Source: Promethearchaeota archaeon
Lineage (GTDB): Archaea; Asgardarchaeota; Lokiarchaeia; Sigyniarchaeales; SOKP01
Direction: 5' to 3'
Assembly (NCBI GenBank): GCA_004524535.1
Contig: SDNY01000116.1
Span: forward strand, 1-11,177
Length of the DNA: 11,177 nt
In this document: piece after piece, positions 1 to 6,416 of the stretch
Position numbering within the stretch: the stretch's first letter is position 1
Layout: the number at the start of each line of letters is the position of its first letter
Translations under genes and position numbers: made by a program
Notes under the pieces: model-generated
Databases searched by the model: none
Seen by the model: the letters and a program-made list of their open reading frames with translations, nothing else
Told to the model about the DNA's origin: nothing

Positions 1-58
1 AAAAACAAAATTAAATGTAATATAAAAAAATTAACCTAAAATCTAAAGTGAGAATATA

Positions 59-559
59 TTGGATGATGAAGAAATAAAGAAAAATGCTGAATTTTTAATA
101 AAGAATCTTGCTGGGACAGAAGTTGAGGGATCTGTAAAGATAAGTATTAGATATAAAAATCTTATAAATTTTGCGAAGGTATATGGAATAGAAGATCCTA
201 AATATGTCGGATCAGAGGAACAGGGAATAATCGCATGTCATGCATTTGCTAATTTTTTCACTATAAAAGCATTATATAAATTACTTATAGGAGTTAAATT
301 AGAACAGGATGGTGAAATACGCCCTTTCATATTGAATGTCGGTAAATTGTTACATGCAGGCCAAAAGTATGATTGGGAAGACTGTGTAGATATTAAGCCC
401 GGAGATAAATTAATTATTACAGCAAAGTGGGGTAAAGTCTGGGTGGTTGAGAAAAATATGATTCTCTTTGGAGAGCTATTAGTTGAAGTGAAAAATCAAA
501 ATGGGGAACTTGTCTGTAAACCAACAGTTACCGCGGCCATAAGGTCCGGAGGATATTAA
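59..559 (+). CDS. MaoC-like hot-dog fold protein, HadA/FAS1_N type (probable non-catalytic partner subunit)
   Basis: 166 aa from a TTG start. It has 'INFAKVYGIEDPKY', 'LLHAGQKYDW...IKPGDKLIITAK' and 'VEVKNQNGELVC', typical of MaoC_dehydrat_N/HadA-like proteins. It lacks the D-x4-H hydratase-2 motif and sits directly upstream of a catalytic MaoC gene. Confidence 0.8.
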   Translation: MDDEEIKKNAEFLIKNLAGTEVEGSVKISIRYKNLINFAKVYGIEDPKYVGSEEQGIIACHAFANFFTIKALYKLLIGVKLEQDGEIRPFILNVGKLLHAGQKYDWEDCVDIKPGDKLIITAKWGKVWVVEKNMILFGELLVEVKNQNGELVCKPTVTAAIRSGGY

Positions 560-570
560 ATTATATATTA

Positions 571-575
571 GAGGT
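571..575 (+). promoter_or_regulatory. Shine-Dalgarno-like site (GAGGT) for the 585 ORF
   Basis: GAGGT ends 9 nt before the ATG at 585. Confidence 0.6.
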
Positions 576-584
576 TAAAAAAAA

Positions 585-1133
585 ATGGTTAAAATTTCAG
601 ATCTTAAGGTTGGAGATATTATTAAGAATGAATTTGATGGAATTACTCGAGATTTATTAAAAATGTATGCAAAAGCGTCTGGAGATACAAATCCCATCCA
701 TACAAATGATGTAGTTGCCGAAAGAGCTGGTTTAAAAGGTGTTATCGCCCATGGTCTCTTTAGTTATGGATTTATAACTAAACTTTTTGAAGATTTTCTA
801 GAACATGGAAAATATGGAATGTTAATTGAGATCAATGTGTCGATGAGGGCCATGGTTCGATGTGGCGACCTTTTGATTACTGAAGCGAAAGTGAATAAAA
901 TAGAGGGTAAACGAGTATATTTAGATGTTGTACAGACGACAATTACAAACGTAGACATTAAAGATAAAGATGGAAATATTATTAAGCAATTTGAAGCTGG
1001 AGAACGTGGTTACATCTCAGATAAAGATTTAGAACAAGGATTAGTAAAAACTAAGGAAGTTGATGAAGGTATATTAACCTACAGAGAAAGAATCGCAACA
1101 CCTGGTACAGCAATAATTGAATTAATCGAATAA
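585..1133 (+). CDS. MaoC-family (R)-specific enoyl-CoA hydratase / 3-hydroxyacyl dehydratase, HadB-like catalytic subunit
   Basis: Intact hydratase-2 motif 'YAKASGDTNPIH...AERAGLKGVIAHG' with catalytic Asp/His, followed by 'VSMRAMVRCGDLL'. Confidence 0.9.
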   Translation: MVKISDLKVGDIIKNEFDGITRDLLKMYAKASGDTNPIHTNDVVAERAGLKGVIAHGLFSYGFITKLFEDFLEHGKYGMLIEINVSMRAMVRCGDLLITEAKVNKIEGKRVYLDVVQTTITNVDIKDKDGNIIKQFEAGERGYISDKDLEQGLVKTKEVDEGILTYRERIATPGTAIIELIE

Positions 1134-1137
1134 ATCT

Positions 1138-1743
1138 TTAGTCTTTTTTTTTCTTTCTTTTATATATTTTGTATCTTTTATAGATTAGACCGCAGAAGGT
1201 AAAGACTGTCATTATGGTAAATAAAATAAGAATAGCAGGATTTTTAAAATCTGTACCAATCAGAATTCCATGAATTAATCCAAGGAATAAAGCAACATAA
1301 TTTAAAAAATGTATTTGTCTCCAATATTTTGGAATTTTCTTTCTTAATATCGCTGCCATTACTGCTATATAAATTAATACAAGAGCTAATCGTCCCCCCA
1401 ATGACCAAAATTGATAAAATGGATAAAAAACTGGAACAAATGCTGCAATATTCATTGTATTAATTGCAAAAGCAATAGGATGAATTGTAGCTAAAATTAA
1501 ACCTAAAATTGAAAAGAAATGATGTAATTTAATAAATTTTTTCCCAAAATAGTTATATATCTGAACCATAAATGCCGACATGATAGAGGCAATAAATATG
1601 GACGTAAAACCGAGTAGAGCACAAATCCTTATAAAAAAATCAAAAGGGTCTCTGACTGGTGTCAATAGAAAAAGTATAATTACTAGACTATAGAGAGAAA
1701 GGATAGCTAAATAGAATAATAATGCGTTAGTTTTTTTCTTCAT
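1138..1743 (-). CDS. Ferric reductase-like transmembrane (cytochrome b / MsrQ-like) heme-binding membrane protein
   Basis: 201 aa with about 6 hydrophobic helices. Paired His residues in 'KLHH...ATIHP' and 'WRQIHFLNY...LIHG' match the bis-His heme ligand pattern of the family. Confidence 0.8.
   Translation of the reverse strand: MKKKTNALLFYLAILSLYSLVIILFLLTPVRDPFDFFIRICALLGFTSIFIASIMSAFMVQIYNYFGKKFIKLHHFFSILGLILATIHPIAFAINTMNIAAFVPVFYPFYQFWSLGGRLALVLIYIAVMAAILRKKIPKYWRQIHFLNYVALFLGLIHGILIGTDFKNPAILILFTIMTVFTFCGLIYKRYKIYKRKKKKD
1144..1161 (+). terminator. Oligo-T archaeal-type terminator candidate for the MaoC pair, overlapping the 3' end of the convergent gene
   Basis: T-rich run (ttttttttt ctttctttt) begins about 10 nt after the stop at 1133. 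It is the antisense of the Lys-rich tail KRKKKKD of the convergent ORF. Confidence 0.45.
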
Positions 1744-1935
1744 TATAATAAATAAAATATAAAAATATTAATAAAATTTCTATTCTCAAATTAATTTAAA
1801 ATTTTTTTTTGATATTTCGATATTTCAAAATCATTTAAGTGATTTTTTTTTTTAGTTCAAGATAATTTTATTATAACATATTTATATGATATTATCAAAA
1901 ATATCTTTGAATAATAAATTTTTAAGATTTTAATA

Positions 1936-4887
1936 GTGCAAAAAGCATTGACGACTTTAACTTTCGATATAAAAAAAATCGAAGAGCTTATTTCTAACGG
2001 TAACCATGAAAAAGCCGCTGAAGAAATCTTTAAAGCTATAGAAGAACAAAATAATGAAGAATTAATTTATAAGAGTTTAAATCTTCTAAATTTAATTTGT
2101 GATAAAACACCCTCAATAGCATTAAAAACTATTAAAACTATTGAAAGATTTATAACTGATTCTAATTCTTGGATTAGACTGGTATCTTTAGAGATATTAT
2201 ATCAGATCTCTATATTTAGACCCAATTTATTGATAGATTTAATTGATAAAATCCGAGCACGATTTTTTGATAACGATTCTTCTGTTAGAAGAATGACTGT
2301 TAAAATAATGGGAAATTTAATTTTATCATTGCATATAGATTTAGAAGAACTTCAAACGCTAATTGACGAATTTACTGAAAAATTAATGGATGATGATTGG
2401 AAAGTAAAATTTCAAGTTATAAAAACAATTAAAAAGCTTTTAAACCAAGATTACACAAAAATTAGAGATATTGAACCTTTACTATCTATGTTGATTATCA
2501 ATCTAAGAGATGAGGACGACGACGTAGCAAGAGCAGCAGCAGATGTATTAAAAATATTAGGTATATACTTTCTTTCTAAGGAAAAGATTTTATATATTTT
2601 ATTGAATCTTCTTAATAACGAAAAACCGAGAGTTAAAGAATTAATTATCTGGTTATTTGGAGAAATCGGCAAAGAAAAATCCTCTGAAATAATTTCAATC
2701 ATCCCGAAATTAATTAATCTTTTAAAGGAACACGATTATAGAGTTCAATTAAAAGTGGTGGATGCTTTAGTTAATATAGCTGAAAATAATTTTGATCAAA
2801 TATTTTCTAACTTAATAAATTCTTTAGATAAAAGTGATCATAAATTTCGCAATAGTTTTATTAATTGTCTTTATGTTCTTAGTCAAAACAATATTTCAAT
2901 CATTTTTCCCTACTTATTTGAAGAATTAGAGAACCCTTCTGAAAATATTAGAGAAGGAATAGCTTTAGTTTTCAAACGGTTATTTGAAGAATATCAAATA
3001 GAAATAGAAAACGAAGTTATTAAAATTCTATACCAATTAGAATCAAAATATTGGAGGGAAAGAAAAAATACAATTATATTATTACAAAACATCTGTTTTA
3101 TATTAAAAAATCATAAATTGGCAGTTTGGATTACTTTTGAATTGAATAAAGCTTTAAAAGATGAGTTAGATTCAGATATAAGAGATGAATTAATTTACAC
3201 CATAAAAAAAATTAAATCAACGTTTAAAGACATTGATAAAAAAATCCAAAAAGCAAAATACGAGTTAAATCTATTAAATAAAGAAATCAGCAAATTTCGA
3301 AAAATTCCTGCTGAATTTAGAGAAAAATTGGACTCCTATATAAAGGAATACAAATTTAATGATACTGAAGTACGCTTGGGTAAAGAATACAATAAAATCT
3401 TGAAAAAAATAAACAAGTTTAATATCAAAATAAATAATTTTAAATATAAGCGGTTGGCATTTGATTTAATAGAAGATTGGGAAGATACAAAGGTACAAGT
3501 AATCGACGAGTTGAGTATTATAAAGGGTTTTATCACAAAAACCTACGAAGATAAAAAAATAGAATTTCTTGCGAATTTAAAAAGAAAAATTCAATTACTT
3601 GATGATAAAATCAATGTATTTAGAGCAAAATTCGATTATATTAAAGATTATAATTATAATAATAAATTAGAGGTTTTAATGCAAAATTTCGTAAGTGATA
3701 GTGGAATATTAGAAGAAGAATTTGCAATTATCACACAATTAAGAAAAAATTTGTTTAAATTAGATATGGATATACGAGAATTATTGATTCATAATGTAGA
3801 GTTTAATGAGATCTTCCACTCGCTAATAAAAAAATGGGTGAAGACCAAAATTGAAATTCAAGAATATTTAATCAATTTTGATAATCAAATTAAAGTAATA
3901 AAAGAAAAAATTATTACTGACTATATGGAAATAGAAGGCTCAGCTAAAGATTCTAAAGAGATAGATGGTGTAAATAATGAACTCGCCTTCCAAATTCTTC
4001 AAAGTCATATTCACGAAGTCATATCGCAAGGTATTGAAGTTTTTAAAAAGTATAACGATAAATTCAATAAATATAATTCCAAACTTGAACTCTTCATTAA
4101 GAAAAAAGACTTTGCTAACGTAAAAAAATTAATGGATATGAGATCCGCACAAATCCAATCATTTATCTCCGAAACTGAAAATCAAATTGATAATATAATT
4201 GGAAATGAAAACCTCTTTGAAGACAAGAAAAATGGATTTAATTTATTTGTTAGGCCCTACATTGATAAATGGAATTCCTCTAAAGAATTACTTATTCAAA
4301 AATTAAGATATTTTAATCGTAAATACGAGGAAAAACTTTATCTAAATTCTTTAAAGTATTATTTAAAAATAATGAACCCCATCAAAATTGATTTACTCTC
4401 TTCTTATATTGGATTGGAAAAAGACCAATTAAAGGAATTTATCCTTAAATTCATTAATAAAAATAAACTTAATGCTAAAATTGTAAATAATTACTTACAT
4501 TCTCAAAAAATTGAATCTTATATTGTTGATGATAAAGATCTTCTCGTATTCAAAAACGTTAAAACTATTGGAAATAAAATGCATTGCTACTTTAAGTTGA
4601 ATAATCATTCAACTTTAGATTTCAAAGATTTACAAATTTCTTTAAAAGTTCCTACTTATCTTAGATTTTTGAAAAAGGAGAGCTTTCCTAAATATTTTCA
4701 TTTAAACGAGTTAAAAACGGGAAATGTGTTTAAATTTAATTACATATTAAAAATAGACAAGGATATTAACAGGAATTTATCCGATCCGAGTCCAAGTGCT
4801 GATGAGATCTCGCTCAGGATACGTTATAAAGACGCATTCCAAATCTTTAGGAAAACAACTAAAAGAATAAATCTTCTCCTTCCTTAG
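1936..4887 (+). CDS. Large HEAT-repeat (alpha-solenoid) protein with coiled-coil middle, PCI/winged-helix-like segment and C-terminal Ig-like beta-sandwich (adaptin-like architecture)
   Basis: 983 aa from a GTG start. Repeated HEAT signatures: 'DSNSWIRLVSLEIL', 'DNDSSVRRMTVKIMGNL', 'DDDWKVKFQVIKTI', 'DEDDDVARAAADVL', 'NEKPRVKELIIWLFGEI', 'EHDYRVQLKVVDALVNI', 'NPSENIREGIALVF'. A long K/E-rich helical middle follows, then a PCI-like segment at about 4378-4500 and a beta-rich C-terminus at about 4540-4884. HEAT repeats are solid; the C-terminal domain calls are by eye. Confidence 0.75.
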   Translation: MQKALTTLTFDIKKIEELISNGNHEKAAEEIFKAIEEQNNEELIYKSLNLLNLICDKTPSIALKTIKTIERFITDSNSWIRLVSLEILYQISIFRPNLLIDLIDKIRARFFDNDSSVRRMTVKIMGNLILSLHIDLEELQTLIDEFTEKLMDDDWKVKFQVIKTIKKLLNQDYTKIRDIEPLLSMLIINLRDEDDDVARAAADVLKILGIYFLSKEKILYILLNLLNNEKPRVKELIIWLFGEIGKEKSSEIISIIPKLINLLKEHDYRVQLKVVDALVNIAENNFDQIFSNLINSLDKSDHKFRNSFINCLYVLSQNNISIIFPYLFEELENPSENIREGIALVFKRLFEEYQIEIENEVIKILYQLESKYWRERKNTIILLQNICFILKNHKLAVWITFELNKALKDELDSDIRDELIYTIKKIKSTFKDIDKKIQKAKYELNLLNKEISKFRKIPAEFREKLDSYIKEYKFNDTEVRLGKEYNKILKKINKFNIKINNFKYKRLAFDLIEDWEDTKVQVIDELSIIKGFITKTYEDKKIEFLANLKRKIQLLDDKINVFRAKFDYIKDYNYNNKLEVLMQNFVSDSGILEEEFAIITQLRKNLFKLDMDIRELLIHNVEFNEIFHSLIKKWVKTKIEIQEYLINFDNQIKVIKEKIITDYMEIEGSAKDSKEIDGVNNELAFQILQSHIHEVISQGIEVFKKYNDKFNKYNSKLELFIKKKDFANVKKLMDMRSAQIQSFISETENQIDNIIGNENLFEDKKNGFNLFVRPYIDKWNSSKELLIQKLRYFNRKYEEKLYLNSLKYYLKIMNPIKIDLLSSYIGLEKDQLKEFILKFINKNKLNAKIVNNYLHSQKIESYIVDDKDLLVFKNVKTIGNKMHCYFKLNNHSTLDFKDLQISLKVPTYLRFLKKESFPKYFHLNELKTGNVFKFNYILKIDKDINRNLSDPSPSADEISLRIRYKDAFQIFRKTTKRINLLLP

Positions 4888-4978
4888 AAAAAGATTCTTT
4901 TAGTTTAGAAAATTGATCTAAATATATTATTATTGATTATAATAATGAAAATATTATATAAATTAAAAAAGAATGTTT

Positions 4979-4984
4979 GAGGTG
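4979..4984 (+). promoter_or_regulatory. Shine-Dalgarno GAGGTG for selD
   Basis: GAGGTG ends 4 nt before the ATG at 4989, supporting the upstream start rather than the ORF-track TTG at 5073. Confidence 0.75.
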
Positions 4985-4988
4985 TTTA

Positions 4989-6017
4989 ATGGAAAAGGAA
5001 TACCGGTTAACCAAACAAGTAAAGATATTCGGATGATCATGTAAACTAGGAAGCAGCAAATTAAACGAGCTATTGACAAATGTAGGATTACTTAAAGAGG
5101 GGGACATAGAAGACGCAGCAATTATACCTATACCAAACACAGATATGGTTCAAATAAAAAACCTCGATATATTTACACCCATAGTAGATGAACCGAAAAT
5201 TATGGGAGAAATTGCCGCCTGCAACGTCACTAATGATATTTTTGCGATGAACGTTCCGGAGATTTCAGGAATGTTAGTTTTTCTCGCAATTAAAACCGAT
5301 ACACCAATAGAAATTGCTGAAGGGATTCTTGAAGGTATTAAAGATTTCATGGAAAAGAAAATTAATTCTAAAGTGGTTGGAGGTCACACAATTTACAGTG
5401 AATGGCCTTTAATGGGTGGTGAAGCGAGTGGATTCCTTCATAAGGATCAAGTGATTCGAAAGATTGGCGTAAAGAAAGGAGATAAATTAATTCTTACAAA
5501 ACCTATAGGATTACAACCAATCTCAGCAGCGTACAGGCTTTTAAAAGACTCTCCCGAGAGCCTAGAAGAATATTCCTTAAATGAGCTTAAGAATTCAATC
5601 GATCTTGCAATAAAAATAATGACTACTTCAACTCAAGATGTCATTAAAACAATACACTCATACAAAGATTTTTCGTTTGTACACGCAATGACCGATGTTT
5701 CTGGTTTTGGTCTTGCCGGACATTTAGAAGAAATGCTTCAAAACTCTAAATTATCAGCAATTATAGAAACTATCCCGTCTATAAAATTTTCTAAGGAACT
5801 TTCTGACGACTTAGGTTACGCTTTTGAAGGTTGTCTGAGTGCTGAGACATCAGGTGGCTTGTTAATATCTGTAGATCAAAATTATGTCGAAGACTTTTCT
5901 AATGCTTTAAAAAGCAATGGGATTAATAATTGGACTGTCGGAAAAATTGACAAAATACAACCTAAAGTTGTAAAAGTCTCAGAAAAAGTCGAATATCTTG
6001 AAATTACGAAAATTTAA
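4989..6017 (+). CDS. selD: Selenide, water dikinase (selenophosphate synthetase), selenoprotein with Sec encoded by the in-frame UGA at 5034-5036
   Basis: From ATG 4989 it reads MEKEYRLTKQVKIFG-U-SCKLGSSKLNELL, in frame with the 5073 ORF, 342 aa in total. 'RLT...G-U-x-C-K' is the SelD N-terminal active-site motif. Downstream SelD motifs include EDAA, DIFTPIVDEP, NDIFAM, VVGGHTI, LILTKPIG, HAMTDVSGFGLAGHL and ETSGGLLI. Confidence 0.95.
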
Positions 6018-6087
6018 CTCCATATAGCATGAATCTTATGTAAAAATGTTAGACATAAGTTGACTAACCTTGCGATGGTTTATGGAG
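6018..6087 (+). promoter_or_regulatory. Eukaryote-type SECIS element in the selD 3' UTR
   Basis: AUGA (6029-6032) lies opposite UGA (6061-6063), forming the tandem G.A quartet. The upper helix is A6033-U6061 plus CUUAUGU (6035-6041)/ACAUAAG (6053-6059). The apical loop starts with AAAAA (6042-6046). The basal helix is CUCCAUA (6018-6024)/UAUGGAG (6081-6087). It sits immediately after the stop of a UGA-containing gene. Confidence 0.88.
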
Positions 6088-6117
6088 AATAAAATAAATT
6101 TTAAACGAGAAATCCTT

Positions 6118-6125
6118 AAAAAAAA
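6118..6125 (-). terminator. U8 tract, candidate terminator for the small ORF
   Basis: A8 run on the + strand, about 50 nt downstream of the minus-strand stop at 6175. Confidence 0.4.
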
Positions 6126-6174
6126 TAGAGAAGTACTTAAGCTATGTTATATGCTAATTTCATTAATGTTCTGT

Positions 6175-6291
6175 TTAAGGTGCGGCCTCACCGCAACCTG
6201 GGATACTTACTCCAGCCGCGGCCATACTTAAACCATAGGAAACAGTCAATAAGATAGCTAAAGCTACTAATACTTTTTTGCTTAATTCCAT
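6175..6291 (-). CDS. 38-aa hydrophobic small protein not in the ORF track (signal-peptide-like or single TM helix plus short Cys-containing tail)
   Basis: Hand translation: MELSKKVLVALAILLTVSYGLSMAAAGVSIPGCGEAAP*. ATG at 6291 is preceded by the SD-like GGAAGTGAT (6307-6299). It has a KK n-region, a hydrophobic h-region and an AAA cleavage-like site, and it explains a GC-rich patch in otherwise AT-rich intergenic DNA. Confidence 0.72.
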   Translation of the reverse strand: MELSKKVLVALAILLTVSYGLSMAAAGVSIPGCGEAAP

Positions 6292-6298
6292 TATTATA

Positions 6299-6332
6299 AT
6301 CACTTCCAGATGATGATTTTTCTGGTAGTAAT
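6299..6332 (-). promoter_or_regulatory. 5'-UTR hairpin that sequesters the RBS of the small ORF
   Basis: Minus strand AUUACUACCAGA-(AAAAUCAUCA)-UCUGGAAGUGAU: 11 of 12 positions pair (one G-U, one A.A mismatch). The 3' arm contains the SD-like GGAAGUGAU. Confidence 0.55.
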
Positions 6333-6359
6333 TTTTAAAAAAAAATGTTTTTAAACCAC

Positions 6360-6377
6360 GAGATTTATGAAAATCTC
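6360..6377. repeat. Perfect 7-bp inverted repeat GAGATTT-N4-AAATCTC (operator-like or hairpin)
   Basis: Directly visible between the CPBP stop and the small ORF. Function is unknown. Confidence 0.45.
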
Positions 6378-6416
6378 TTTTAATTCATCAAGAGCTTTAG
6401 AAATGAATCTCTCATT

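Noticed and set aside
764-958. 64-aa minus-strand ORF
   Set aside because: Antisense shadow wholly inside the MaoC gene, with no recognisable motif.
2451-2702. 83-aa minus-strand ORF
   Set aside because: Antisense shadow of the HEAT-repeat gene.
3336-3536. 66-aa minus-strand ORF
   Set aside because: Antisense shadow. Its F/L/I richness simply mirrors K/N/E codons on the coding strand.
5034-5075. selD as a nonsense pseudogene, or starting at TTG 5073
   Set aside because: The TGA falls exactly on the catalytic Cys/Sec position, there is an SD before ATG 4989, and a SECIS follows the gene.
5037-5085. Bacterial-type SECIS immediately after the UGA
   Set aside because: No convincing stem-loop is visible there, and the 3'-UTR element explains recoding.
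4937-5140. 67-aa minus-strand ORF
   Set aside because: Overlaps the true selD 5' end and RBS in antisense, with no independent support.
5150-5350. 66-aa minus-strand ORF
   Set aside because: Antisense shadow of selD.
6178-6195. Canonical CaaX prenylation motif on the small peptide
   Set aside because: The Cys is sixth from the C-terminus (CGEAAP), not fourth, so it is not a standard CaaX box.
6171-6260. tRNA-Sec next to selD (GC-rich, with TCA in a hairpin loop)
   Set aside because: The loop is 5 nt (CCTCA), not a 7-nt CTTCAAA anticodon loop. There is no TTCRA T-loop or cloverleaf on either strand.
6310-6326. Box C/D sRNA (ATGATGA at 6310-6316)
   Set aside because: No CTGA box D at a suitable distance. 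The motif is the loop of the RBS hairpin read on the other strand.
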